Positions 38,674-48,759 are shown, counted from the first letter of the stretch. The stretch is 64,000 nt of DNA from Lentisphaerota bacterium (GCA_052033915.1 JBPOJF010000003.1:58695-122694), one strand, 5' to 3'. A program made the numbers and translations. The notes: generated from the sequence alone by a model not told the origin.

Positions 38674-39321
38674 GTAGATCATCCATCTGGTCATCCTCCC
38701 TTTCCCCTCTCTAGTATCAACACCGTTGGTTACGTCAAACTTTCCGCCGAGAAGGGCAAGTTGACTCTGGGACGCTTCGATTTCGAGCCCATGAACAAGT
38801 CCGGAGGTCTCACTGTTTCCGACATGTTTGGTGAACAGTTGCCCGTGGGTAGCCGGCTTTATCTTTGGGACAGGTCGGTGAAGATGTTCAAGATCGTCGT
38901 GAAACCTCTCGGTGCGGGTTGGGGCGCGGCAGGGCGTACACGGGTTTCAAGAGGGGAGGGCTTCTGGATTCATGTGCCGGAGTCGGCGGCTTCAAACAGA
39001 TATTCCGTCATCATCACGGGCATGGTTCCCAGCGGCATGACTGCGACGACCACGACGATATCAGGCGTGAATCTGCTCGGCCTGCCGTATCCGGTGGAGA
39101 TGAAGTGGACGAACACGGGTATCGCAAAGACGGCGCCGGTGAATTCGGCCGTGTATCTCTGGAATCAGAGCAATCAAACGTACTTATCCTGTGTGAAGTC
39201 GGCCGGCGCGGGTTGGGATGGGGCCGCAGCGGATGCCATCCTGTATCCCGGACAGGGATTTTGGTTTCGGAATACCGGCACGTTTGAATGGGCGGAAGCG
39301 AAACCATACAGCTGGCCGTAG
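38674..39321 (+). pseudogene. 5'-truncated paralog of the secreted tandem-repeat protein (no signal peptide; homology starts right after a stop codon; only a TTG at 38761 could act as a start)
   Basis: NTVGYVKLSAEKGKLTLGRFDF... aligns with NAVGYVKIDARSNGLTLVSIPF... of the 37110 gene; both end in a ...KPY(T/S)WP terminus; two internal repeats with W(D/N)..Y..GW..G..PG(E/Q)GFW pattern. Confidence 0.5.
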
Positions 39322-39549
39322 TGCAACGGGATTTCAATCGGGGGGTTCATCACACGGTTGTGGGCACGTATCCATGGGGGGCTGAGTAGCTCGGTCGGCC
39401 GGATTCTCGTTTCCTTGGGAAATCCTTCCTACAGGTACGACTGGGCGTTACTGGATTCAGCAAAGGAATATTTCTGTTCTTGGAACGAAGCGCTCAACAA
39501 GAGCGGCCTGATTTTATCCAAACAGGACAGGGAAACAGTTGAGGCCCGC

Positions 39550-42500
39550 TTATCGCTTCAACACTTTCAGCGCGCGTTCGCGCCATTCGCCGGAGAGGTT
39601 GGGGAGGGCTTTCACGGCGAGGTCGAAGCCGTTCTTGGCCTGGCCCTGCGCGATCAGGATCTCGCCTTGTACGAGAGTGTGGTTGGCGTCGTCCGGATCG
39701 ATCGTCGATGCCAGCAGGATATGCTCCATCGCCTTGTCGTACTGCCCAAGGCCCTTGCAGGCCTCGGCGAGCGTGTGGTGGTACTTGTCGTTTGAAGGCT
39801 TCAGATTGACCGCCTCCTGCGCCAGCGTCATGGCTTCGGTGAAGCGGCCCATGCGGACCAAGTCGTAGGCCAGGTTGTTCAGGGCGACATCGTAGAGCGG
39901 ATTGTCTCGATTCTTGAGGCATCGGCGCAAGTAAGTCTCCCTGGCTTCAGGCGTATCCATCAAAGACGCCATGGCCAGGTTCCCGATCATGTTGCCGGGA
40001 TCGCCGGACAGCAACTCTTCGGCCTTCTTGCGCGCTTCGCTGTTCCGTCGCAGTTGCATCGAAAGCCGGATGATGTTCTCGCGCAGGGCTGTGTCCTGCG
40101 GGGTCGTGGCCTCGATCGTCTTCATGTGGCTGAGCGCGGTCGCCAGGTCGCCTTTTTTCTGGGCCACGGACGCCATCAGCTTGAGCATGGGCAGGTTCGC
40201 GGCATCGACGGCCAGGACTTTGCGCGCGAACAACTCCGCCTTGTCGTACTGGTTCAACTGCCATGCCGACATCGCGATAAACGACGCCGAAAGAGTCGTC
40301 TGGTTCGTAGTCGAGAGCAACTGGTTGTAGATGTCCTCCCCGCGCGCCGTATCGCGGTTCTCGAGGTAGAGCAGAGCCAGCAGACTCCGGGCGTTCACGT
40401 TGGCGGCCGACGCCGGGTTCTCCTCCAGAACCTGTATTGCCTTCGCGTAGTCTCTCATGTCCCGCGCCGCGACCGCCAAGCCGATCCGGGCGGAGATGTT
40501 GTCGGGCTGAGTCTGAAGGATGCTGCGGTACTCGGCCTCGGCTTCCGCGAGGTCGCCCTTGCCCTGGGCCAGCAGGGCCGAACTGATCTTCACGGAGAGG
40601 CTGTCCGGGTTGATCATCCGGGCTTGGTTGATCGCGCCGGCTTCCATATCGCGCTGGCCGCCGCGCCGCGCGATGTTGGCCATGTTCAGCGCGAAATGCT
40701 CGGAATAGAGGTATCCGTAGTTCGCAGTCATCATGAACGCGGAACGAAGGAACTTGGGGAACGCCGCCGCTTCTCTCTGGGCCCGCTCCAGAAGGGCCTG
40801 TGCCTTCTGGGTCAGCATCTCCGATCGGACGGTATCGCCGCCGCTGTCGGCTTCCTTGAGGTAGATTGCCCTCTGGTTGAGCAGCGCGCTCGGGTTCTGG
40901 GGCAGGATCTTGAGCGCCAGGTCGTAGGCCTTCTGCGCCAGATCGTCCGACTTCAGCAGTTGCAGGGTCACGCCGAGGTTGTTCGCGCACCGCGAGTAGT
41001 TCTGGCGGACGAACATCTTGAGGGTGTTCGTGCTGTGGTCCGAGATCACCGCTTGGAGCTGATTCGCGAAGGTGTTCTCGAAGTAGTTGACGTTCTTCAG
41101 GTAGACCTCAGATGCCTTCAGGCCGGACAAGTTCTCGACAGGCCGCACCACCAGACCGTTCGGCACGAACTGGTAGCCGATTGACAGGGTCAGGTCGGGA
41201 TTGAACAGCGAACATCCGGCGGGGCCCTTTGCGTTGCCGGACACAATCGCCTTCAGGATGTCCGTTTGCGTGGCGTACGCGGAGGCGTTGATGTTGCATT
41301 CAGGGAATAGGGTGGAGAGGTAACGGCGGTACGATGGCCGACTGATGTCCTGGGCCATGACGATGCGCTCGGGCTGGCCTTCCTCAAAGGCGGCATGAAG
41401 GATCATGTCGTCCATGAAGGAGCGCGAAACGACGAAGACGGGCCGGTTTTCGCACGACCGGACGATGTTCCGGATCAACGCCGTCAGTTCGGGGGTCCGC
41501 GGCGGCACGAAGTGGATGTAGTTCATCACGGCGGTCACGATGGCGATCACGAGGTTCGCGATAGCCGCGGTCTTCCAGACCGGCCTCATCCACAGGGAGG
41601 ATAAGTTCGGGCTCGGGATCACCGCGCGAAACCACCAGTATCCCGCGAGATATCCCATCCACGACGCGATCGCGAGATAGGGGATCAGGAAGGGGTCGTT
41701 CAGACCCATGATGATCGTCGGCGTCATGCCCTTCTCGAGGATCTGCGCGACGCCGAGCACGTTCAGCACAAGCAGGGTGACGATGGTCAGCGCATGCGCG
41801 AGCCGCGTCGAGCCGTAATCCGGCCGCGGCACCAGATACACGTAGATCCACGGCACAAACGCGCAGAGCGCGATCAGAAGACCGCCGACACGCGGAAAGA
41901 TGGATTTGACCTCCAAGTACTGCTTGCGCCACAGATCCAGCAGGACGTTCCAGAACCCCGAGTATTCCTGATATCCCCACTCGGGCAGGCGGGCGACGGC
42001 CCCGACAGGCACGATGTAGAAGAGAAGGCCGCAGAAACCAAGGGCGACGAGCAGCCACAGCCGCTTGGCCGTCAACGCGCGCCGGTACAGCAGGGCGACG
42101 AGCGCCGCGATGACGAAGACAGGGCCGAGAGCGATCATTGTCGCGTATTCGGTGACTCCGAGCCCGTAGAGTAGCGCGGCCCCCATGATCCACCGGACGC
42201 TCGCGTTGGCTCGCGCGTACTGGAGGACCATCCAGAAGCACGACAGCAGGATGAAGAGGTCGAACGTGTGGTTGTCCGGCCGCGTGGAGGCAGTCCACAG
42301 CGGCGCGCAGAACATGACGAACAGCGCGGACGCCAGGATCGCCACGCTCTTTGACGCGCGGGACGCGCCGGCGGGGATCGGCGACGCCTTGTCGTGCACG
42401 ACGAACATCGGCAGTCGGTTCAGCAACTGCACGAACAGGACGATCGAAAGGGATCCGAACACGGCGGAAATGAGATTGAGGTTCATGAGGGTCGGACCGG

Positions 42501-42717
42501 GCATCACGCGAACCACGAGCTTCGCGAGCGAGGAATAGAGGAAGTGCGGGAGCACGGGGAGGTAGTAAAGCCCGTTGACGGTGTTGATGATTCGGACTGA
42601 TGTTCCCGGAACAACATCGCGGACCATTGTCGCGAGGTACAGAATAAAGGATCCGATTCCCGCGATCCACGGTGTTAGGCCGGCCAGCTTGGACAATGGA
42701 TGTTTCGATCCCTGCAT
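39550..42717 (-). CDS. GT-C-fold membrane glycosyltransferase-like protein (DUF2723/TMEM260- and PMT-like N-terminal multi-TM domain) with C-terminal TPR array, paralog 1
   Basis: ~450-aa polytopic N-terminus (LYLATMVRDVVPGTSV... loop-1 acidic motif), ~600 aa of TPR repeats; same architecture as the 45624-48620 gene. Confidence 0.55.
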   Translation of the reverse strand: MQGSKHPLSKLAGLTPWIAGIGSFILYLATMVRDVVPGTSVRIINTVNGLYYLPVLPHFLYSSLAKLVVRVMPGPTLMNLNLISAVFGSLSIVLFVQLLNRLPMFVVHDKASPIPAGASRASKSVAILASALFVMFCAPLWTASTRPDNHTFDLFILLSCFWMVLQYARANASVRWIMGAALLYGLGVTEYATMIALGPVFVIAALVALLYRRALTAKRLWLLVALGFCGLLFYIVPVGAVARLPEWGYQEYSGFWNVLLDLWRKQYLEVKSIFPRVGGLLIALCAFVPWIYVYLVPRPDYGSTRLAHALTIVTLLVLNVLGVAQILEKGMTPTIIMGLNDPFLIPYLAIASWMGYLAGYWWFRAVIPSPNLSSLWMRPVWKTAAIANLVIAIVTAVMNYIHFVPPRTPELTALIRNIVRSCENRPVFVVSRSFMDDMILHAAFEEGQPERIVMAQDISRPSYRRYLSTLFPECNINASAYATQTDILKAIVSGNAKGPAGCSLFNPDLTLSIGYQFVPNGLVVRPVENLSGLKASEVYLKNVNYFENTFANQLQAVISDHSTNTLKMFVRQNYSRCANNLGVTLQLLKSDDLAQKAYDLALKILPQNPSALLNQRAIYLKEADSGGDTVRSEMLTQKAQALLERAQREAAAFPKFLRSAFMMTANYGYLYSEHFALNMANIARRGGQRDMEAGAINQARMINPDSLSVKISSALLAQGKGDLAEAEAEYRSILQTQPDNISARIGLAVAARDMRDYAKAIQVLEENPASAANVNARSLLALLYLENRDTARGEDIYNQLLSTTNQTTLSASFIAMSAWQLNQYDKAELFARKVLAVDAANLPMLKLMASVAQKKGDLATALSHMKTIEATTPQDTALRENIIRLSMQLRRNSEARKKAEELLSGDPGNMIGNLAMASLMDTPEARETYLRRCLKNRDNPLYDVALNNLAYDLVRMGRFTEAMTLAQEAVNLKPSNDKYHHTLAEACKGLGQYDKAMEHILLASTIDPDDANHTLVQGEILIAQGQAKNGFDLAVKALPNLSGEWRERALKVLKR

Positions 42718-42873
42718 GAATGAGGAATGCTATAGCGTATCCGGGGCTGCAAATCAATGACTCGCTGTGGTCACGATCTCGCGCACCTGAGCGCGTCCAC
42801 AGACGGTAGAGCTCATGCGCATCGTCCGCCTTACAGCTTGGCGGGTGGCCCTCTTTCTGGCAATGATTTCCGT

Positions 42874-43770
42874 ATGGGTTCCCGCTGTTTCATCGTGGTC
42901 CTTTGCCTTTCGGTTTTGACGCGTGTTGCCGAAGCACAGCCCCCGCCTCTTCGGGTCGTCAGCCTGGCCCCCAACTTGACGGAACTGATGTTTACGTTGG
43001 GCTTCGGCAGCAATCTGGTGGGCAGGTCATCGGCGTGTGATTACCCGCCCGAGGCGAAGCGGATTCCGATCGTCGGCGGCTTCGGAAGGCCGAATTGGGA
43101 GAAGCTCGAAAGCTTGCGGCCGGACCTTGTCATCGCGACGGATCTCGAGAAGCCGGGGCTTCTGGATCGCCTCAAGGAGAGGGGCGTCGAAACCCTGCTC
43201 CTGCCCTGCGAGAGCTGGGATGAGCTTGTTCAGGCGGGACTCACGATCAGTGAGGCGCTGGGCCGGCGCGCGGCCGGGGAGGAGTTTGTCCGCGGCATGA
43301 CCGCGTGTCGCCGCGCGCTCGAGAGCAGAGTCGCCGCCTTCTACGCCGGAAAGCCCGGACCGCGCGTTTATGTCGAGGTCTGGGGCGATCCGTTGCTGAC
43401 GGCGGGGGCGCAGTCGTTCATCGATGATCTGGTGCGGCTGGCGGGAGGCGCGAATATTGCGGCGGAACTGCGACCGACATATGTCCACGTCAGCGCGGAG
43501 TGGGTGATCCAACAGGACCCGGACGTGATTCTGCTGGCCTATATGTTCCCGAACGCTTCGTCCATCGGAAGTGTTGTGAAGCGGCCGGGCTGGGATAAGA
43601 TGCGGGCGGTCCGAAAAAACGCGATCTGCGCCCATATCCCGCCCGACTTGCTGCTTCGGCCCGGCCCGAGAATCCTGGAGGGGGCGGAGATGTTTGCCGA
43701 GTGGATGATGAGGCGGTCGGAGGTCGCCGGCCGGCAGGAAAACAACGAACAACGAACAACTGACAACTGA
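42874..43770 (+). CDS. btuF: Periplasmic binding protein of a cobalamin/iron-siderophore-type ABC importer (BtuF/TroA-like)
   Basis: Signal peptide MGSRCFIVVLCLSVLTRVAEA; RVVSLAPNLTELMFTLGFGSNLVG...PDLVIAT... class III SBP pattern; C-terminal codons come from an AACAACGAACAACTGACAAC tandem repeat. Confidence 0.75.
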   Translation: MGSRCFIVVLCLSVLTRVAEAQPPPLRVVSLAPNLTELMFTLGFGSNLVGRSSACDYPPEAKRIPIVGGFGRPNWEKLESLRPDLVIATDLEKPGLLDRLKERGVETLLLPCESWDELVQAGLTISEALGRRAAGEEFVRGMTACRRALESRVAAFYAGKPGPRVYVEVWGDPLLTAGAQSFIDDLVRLAGGANIAAELRPTYVHVSAEWVIQQDPDVILLAYMFPNASSIGSVVKRPGWDKMRAVRKNAICAHIPPDLLLRPGPRILEGAEMFAEWMMRRSEVAGRQENNEQRTTDN

Positions 43771-43774
43771 CAAC

Positions 43775-44752
43775 ATGCGCGCCCGGATCACATGGTTTCG
43801 AGTTCTGCTCATCGTCTGCCCGATCCTTGTAGCCGCAAGTGTTTTTCTTGGCGACGGCTGGCGCGATCCGCTGTCGCTGTTTCAACCTGAGCGCGCCGGG
43901 ATTCTGACCGTTCGGCTTTGGCGCGTGGCGTTGGGTGCCCTCGTGGGAGCGTCGCTGTCCGTGGCGGGCTGCGCCCTGCAGGCGGTGCTGCGCAATCCGC
44001 TGGCGGAACCGTACGTGCTGGGCTTGTCCTCCGGCGCGGGGCTTGGAACGGCGCTGTGCATCATTGGCGGAGGGCTGGTGCTGAGTTCCCTGGTGTTGCC
44101 GGCGGCGGGGTTTTTCGGGGCCTTGATCAGCATGCTGATTGTCTATCGGCTGGCCAGGGTGGGGCGGGGGACGGCGCCGCATACGCTGATCCTGGCCGGC
44201 GTGATCTGGGGCGCCGTGTGCGGGAGCGTGCTGATGTTCATCGTGTCGCAGTCGTCCGCCGAAGGGCTCCATGCGATCATGTGGTGGTTCCTGGGGGATC
44301 TGCAGGTGTTCGATGTGCGTCTTGTTCAAGCGACCGCCGTGTTAAGTCTGCTGGCGTTTCTCGGGCTCCTGACGATTTCACGGCCGCTGAACGTCCTCAT
44401 GCTGGGCGAGGAAATGGCGGGGCATGTCGGCCTTGAGCCGGAACGGGTCAAGGGAATGGCCCTGGGCCTGGCGGCGGTGCTGACGGCGGCTTCCGTCTCG
44501 GCCAGCGGCCTGATTTCATTTGTCGGTCTGACCATCCCGCACGCCACGCGGGCGCTGGTGGGGCCGGATCACCGCCGCCTTCTGCCGGCGGCCGCGCTGG
44601 CGGGCGCCGCGTTTCTTGCGCTGGCGGACGGGTTTGGGCGGATGCTGTTGTATCCGACGGAAATCCCCGTCGGCGTGATCACGGCTCTGATCGGCGGGCC
44701 GTTCTTCCTGATGATCCTGCGGACGAAGAGGAAGGAAGTCTGGATTGGATAG
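43775..44752 (+). CDS. btuC: FecCD-family ABC permease (BtuC-like)
   Basis: 9-10 TM FecCD permease; ...GLSSGAGLGTALCII..., ...LGEEMAGHVGLEPERVK..., ...GLTIPHATRALVGPDHRRLLP... Confidence 0.9.
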   Translation: MRARITWFRVLLIVCPILVAASVFLGDGWRDPLSLFQPERAGILTVRLWRVALGALVGASLSVAGCALQAVLRNPLAEPYVLGLSSGAGLGTALCIIGGGLVLSSLVLPAAGFFGALISMLIVYRLARVGRGTAPHTLILAGVIWGAVCGSVLMFIVSQSSAEGLHAIMWWFLGDLQVFDVRLVQATAVLSLLAFLGLLTISRPLNVLMLGEEMAGHVGLEPERVKGMALGLAAVLTAASVSASGLISFVGLTIPHATRALVGPDHRRLLPAAALAGAAFLALADGFGRMLLYPTEIPVGVITALIGGPFFLMILRTKRKEVWIG

Positions 44753-45563
44753 AATCTTGAAACTGGAAACTGGAAGCCTGGATTCGGCGGCGCTCGAACT
44801 GAAAGACATTTCGTCCGGGTATGGAGGGGAGACTGTTCTTCGGACGGTTTCTCTTGCCGTTGCGGCCGGCTCTCTTCTCGGAATCATCGGACCGAACGGG
44901 GCGGGGAAGACCACGTTGCTTCGCGTTCTTGGGGGCGGATTGCCCTTCTGGGCGGGCAGCTTGTCCATTCATGGCAGGGATATCCGCCTGTTCGGGCGTC
45001 GTGAGCTGGCGCAGATCGTCGGGTTCGTCCCGCAGACGCTGGATGTGCCGGTGGCTTTTACCGTGGCGGAGTTCGTGGCTATGGGGCGCACGCCGTACGT
45101 CGCGGGCTGGTCGCGGCTGTCCGAGGCCGATCATGCGGCGGTCCGCAGGGCGATGGCAATGACGGATGTCGAGAGGCTGGAAGGCCGGCTGATTGACGAG
45201 CTGAGCGCGGGCGAGAAACAGCGCGCCGTTGTGGCCATGGCTCTGGCGCAGGAGCCCCGGATTCTTCTGTTGGACGAACCGACCGCGCACCTCGATATCC
45301 ACCATGCCTGGAGCCTGATGGCGCTGATCGTGAAGCTGAACAGGGAGCATGGGGTTACGGTGGTTATGTCGTCCCACGATCTCAATCTGGCCGGGGAATT
45401 CTGTTCGCATCTTCTGTTGATGGATCGCGGCCGGGCCGTGGCGCAGGGAACTCCGCGGGACGTATTGGACGTGGGGAGACTGTCCCGTGTTTACCAGCAT
45501 CCGCTGGAGATCGCAATTCTGCAGGGCGATCAGCGGTTCGTGGCGCCGAAAAGGGCGGAGTAA
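44745..45563 (+). CDS. btuD: ABC ATP-binding protein (BtuD/FecE-like)
   Basis: GPNGAGKTT Walker A, LSAGEKQRAVVAMAL signature, LLLDEPTAHLD Walker B; TTG start overlapping btuC end. Confidence 0.85.
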   Translation: MDRILKLETGSLDSAALELKDISSGYGGETVLRTVSLAVAAGSLLGIIGPNGAGKTTLLRVLGGGLPFWAGSLSIHGRDIRLFGRRELAQIVGFVPQTLDVPVAFTVAEFVAMGRTPYVAGWSRLSEADHAAVRRAMAMTDVERLEGRLIDELSAGEKQRAVVAMALAQEPRILLLDEPTAHLDIHHAWSLMALIVKLNREHGVTVVMSSHDLNLAGEFCSHLLLMDRGRAVAQGTPRDVLDVGRLSRVYQHPLEIAILQGDQRFVAPKRAE

Positions 45564-45623
45564 TGGAATACCGGCGTGTCGGACCCAAGGGGGTCTTTCA
45601 CATTACCCCGCCCCTCCGTCTTT

Positions 45624-48620
45624 CTACAGCATCGGCATTCCGGGAAGGCTCATGGGGAGGCCCGGCTGCTGGATCGGGGGCACCAAGGCCTTGAACTCAT
45701 GGTTCTCGCGCACGGGATTGAACCGCGGATCTTTCCGGATCACATCGCGTACCGGCTCTCCGCCGAGTTCGATGGCGCGCTTGATCGATTGCACGCACTC
45801 GTTCGGTTTCTGCATGGCCGCCTGGATGGCCGCGAGATCGATCCACACATTGGGGTTCGCGGGCTCGCGGGCCAGGTATTTCTCGAGGGCCGTGGCCAGG
45901 AGATCCATGCGCTTGGCGTCCGCATACATCTTGGCGACGGCCAAGTAGGCGTTCGGCGGGATGTTCGTATCGTTCAGAATGCTCATGGTCAGGCCCTGGA
46001 ACTGGCCTTCGAGGTTGAGCTTGCGGTACAGATCCGCCAGTTCCATGGCCGTGTTCAGTTCGCCCTGTCCCTGGTTGAACTGCGCTTCGAGTTGCGCGCG
46101 CCGGTTGTCCGCTTTCTCGGTCTCGCGGATCTGGTTCAGGAAATCGCCGACCTTGGCGTTGCCGGGATCCTCGCGGAGGAATGCGTCAATCAGCTTGCCG
46201 GCATCGGAGAAACGCCGCTGCTGCATGAGGACGTCCGCCAGCCGGAAATTGGCCTCCGGGCTGAGCGGGTAGAGGTCAATGGCCTGCTGGAAGGCGTACT
46301 CGGCCTCGGGGAACATGCGGCGATAGGCATAGATGCCCGCGATCGCGCCGCGCAGCTTGGAGAACGTTTTCCGGGCCACCACGTCGCGCAGGAACTTGGG
46401 GTTTCCGAGCAGGCGCTGCGTGTACCAGTCCCAGAAATCGCGGTCCTTCTTCACCAGTTCCGGCGACAGGGACGGCAGCGGGTCTGAGTTCAGCTTCATG
46501 ATCAGCCCGTTGGGGGTGAGGTAGGGGTACATCCACGGGATGACGTAACTTTCTTCGACGTAGAATGCGTGCTTGTGCTTGTTGGCCTCGAAGATCATCC
46601 GGCACAGGATGCCGTTGATCATCATGACGCCCTGCACGCCCTGCACGCTGACGCGTCCGTTATCGAACTGCACATCCGCGCCCGGGGGGATGCGCCCGGC
46701 CTGCACGTCCTCCACGTACTTCTGGAACGCGAAATTGCTGTCCTGCTGCGACGGAATCCAGATCGTGTCGCCGTACAGGTCGCGCATGACGCTCATGTAC
46801 GTGTTGTCGGCCAGCGCATTCTGCGTAATGAGGTACACATCCGACCGCACCTTGGCGCAGTAGATCATGTACGTGGGGACGAACCGTCCGGGGTCGGTGC
46901 CCCCGAAGAAAATCGCGTTGGTGTCCATCGGCGGGGGGTAATCCGGCGTGGGATACTGCTTCCAGATCTGTTCGAATTCCTCCGCGGACTTCTTGTAACC
47001 GAGGTCCGATCGAATTCCGTCCACACCCTGAAGCTGCCAGTTGCCGAATTGCCAGCCGAAGTCGTGCTGGTTCTGCTCGGCCCCGCCGACGATCTTGATC
47101 TGCTCCTTGTCGTACGCGTTCTGATACAGGAGCACCGCCGGGAACACGACGACGATGACCAGGGCCAGCGGCTTGATGATGCCGCGCCCGCCGAGAAGCG
47201 TTTCAAGATAGGCGAGCGCAAAGAGGGCTCCGTACCCGAGCCAGATGGCGTACACCGCGTGCGACTGGATGAATTGCACGCGGCCGATGAAGAGCGTCTG
47301 GATATCCAGGTCGGGGTTCTGGAATGTGATGAGAACAATGCTGAGCGAGACGAACGCGACCAGCGAGGTGATCAGCCAGGTCCGGCCCCGGCGGTCGATG
47401 CGTCCGATGAAGAAGAAGGGCACCAGGCCGATGAGGGCAAGGGGAAGCGTGAACTGTTGGCGCAGATCCTTGAAGTACGCGCCCAACTGCGCGACGAACT
47501 TGGCCGAGAAGATGTCCGACGCGGTGATCTTCTCGTATTGCCCGCGCGTGAGGGCGTGCTTGAAGCCTTCCGGCGTGCGGGGGTATCCCCAGTTGATCGG
47601 GGGGTTCTGCTCGGAGGAGATGGGCATGAACCCGTTGAACCCGAGCCCCAGCAGGCACAGACTGCCGATGAGCAGGACGCGCTTCCATTCGGTCATGAGC
47701 TTGCGCTCGATCAGGAACAGGCCCACGGGCGCGAGCAGGAACAACACCGCCATCGTGGTTGTTGTGTTCTTCGAGCGCAGGACTTCCGGCGAGAGGTGGC
47801 CGGTCATGGCGCCGGCTTTCCAGAACAGGTACCCGGAAACGCAGAGGGACAGCGCGGCCATGCAGTCGCGGAAGAGCGAGCGGTCGCGGAACCAGATGGC
47901 GGTCACCAGCGCCGGGCCGACGAAGAGAAGGGTCTGGTGGTTCGTGATGCCGAATCCGAACAGGAACGCGGTGATGTAGAGGATTTTGTCCTCCTTCGGC
48001 CGGCACATCCACATGTACGTCAGGAGGAGCAGAAGCATCTGGAAGAAGGCGTTCAGCGCGTACACCTCGACGATGACCGCCTGGGACCAGAGCACGGGGC
48101 TGAAGGCCAGCAGGAGTCCGCCGGTGACGCCGCCGACCCAGCACAAGAGGCTTTCCGTGGAGATCCCGATCACGTCCGTGGTCTTCTTCACGCTGCGGAG
48201 CATGTCCGTTCCGGAGCGGCTGACCAGGAGAGCGAGCATCCCGCAGGCGAGGGCTCCGAAGAAGGCCGAGGCCAGTCCGACGCTCCACGCCGGATTCGGA
48301 TTCCCGTAGTAGCGAACCCAGCCGAAGATCCATTGGAAGAACCATGTGAACAACGTCCAACTGGGATATCCCGGCGGGTGCGGGACGCCGAGATAGTCCG
48401 AACCCACGGCCAGTTCGCCGCTGTCTTCCAGCGTGACGGTGGGGGCCAGGGTGTAGCAGTACACGCCGAAGGTGATCAGGAAGGTGGTCCAGAACGCCCC
48501 CCAGTCCAGTTTCCGGAAGAAGGCGCCGCTTTGATGGTCGAAGAACGCGGCTTTCTCTTCCGGAGATTGCGAAACGGCTTGGGCACGCACGGTTTTATTC
48601 GGGTTTTTATGATCAGCCAT
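45624..48620 (-). CDS. GT-C-fold membrane glycosyltransferase-like protein (DUF2723/TMEM260-like) with C-terminal TPR array, paralog 2
   Basis: ...YCYTLAPTVTLEDSGELAVGSDYLGVPHPPGYP... N-terminal loop motif typical of DUF2723; ~11 TM helices; C-terminal TPR repeats (...YAFQQAIDLYPLSPEANFRLADVLMQQRRFSDAGKL...). Confidence 0.7.
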   Translation of the reverse strand: MADHKNPNKTVRAQAVSQSPEEKAAFFDHQSGAFFRKLDWGAFWTTFLITFGVYCYTLAPTVTLEDSGELAVGSDYLGVPHPPGYPSWTLFTWFFQWIFGWVRYYGNPNPAWSVGLASAFFGALACGMLALLVSRSGTDMLRSVKKTTDVIGISTESLLCWVGGVTGGLLLAFSPVLWSQAVIVEVYALNAFFQMLLLLLTYMWMCRPKEDKILYITAFLFGFGITNHQTLLFVGPALVTAIWFRDRSLFRDCMAALSLCVSGYLFWKAGAMTGHLSPEVLRSKNTTTTMAVLFLLAPVGLFLIERKLMTEWKRVLLIGSLCLLGLGFNGFMPISSEQNPPINWGYPRTPEGFKHALTRGQYEKITASDIFSAKFVAQLGAYFKDLRQQFTLPLALIGLVPFFFIGRIDRRGRTWLITSLVAFVSLSIVLITFQNPDLDIQTLFIGRVQFIQSHAVYAIWLGYGALFALAYLETLLGGRGIIKPLALVIVVVFPAVLLYQNAYDKEQIKIVGGAEQNQHDFGWQFGNWQLQGVDGIRSDLGYKKSAEEFEQIWKQYPTPDYPPPMDTNAIFFGGTDPGRFVPTYMIYCAKVRSDVYLITQNALADNTYMSVMRDLYGDTIWIPSQQDSNFAFQKYVEDVQAGRIPPGADVQFDNGRVSVQGVQGVMMINGILCRMIFEANKHKHAFYVEESYVIPWMYPYLTPNGLIMKLNSDPLPSLSPELVKKDRDFWDWYTQRLLGNPKFLRDVVARKTFSKLRGAIAGIYAYRRMFPEAEYAFQQAIDLYPLSPEANFRLADVLMQQRRFSDAGKLIDAFLREDPGNAKVGDFLNQIRETEKADNRRAQLEAQFNQGQGELNTAMELADLYRKLNLEGQFQGLTMSILNDTNIPPNAYLAVAKMYADAKRMDLLATALEKYLAREPANPNVWIDLAAIQAAMQKPNECVQSIKRAIELGGEPVRDVIRKDPRFNPVRENHEFKALVPPIQQPGLPMSLPGMPML

Positions 48621-48759
48621 AGCTCACACCACGGGTCGTCGTTCGTTATTCGTAAAAGCCCAGAAGGTATGTTTTTTACAGACCGAGAGCAAGCTTTCAT
48701 GAATGGACAGGAAGAGTGGGGCGGGCGTTCAAAAAGCGCGTGGGATCGGCCGGGGAAAG

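Noticed and set aside
42718-42873. Possible cobalamin riboswitch upstream of the btuF-like gene
   Set aside because: The available leader is only ~150 nt. It lacks the B12-box (AGTCAGGAGACCTGCC-like) and the GGTGC/AAGGGAA conserved segments, so a riboswitch is not supported by the sequence.
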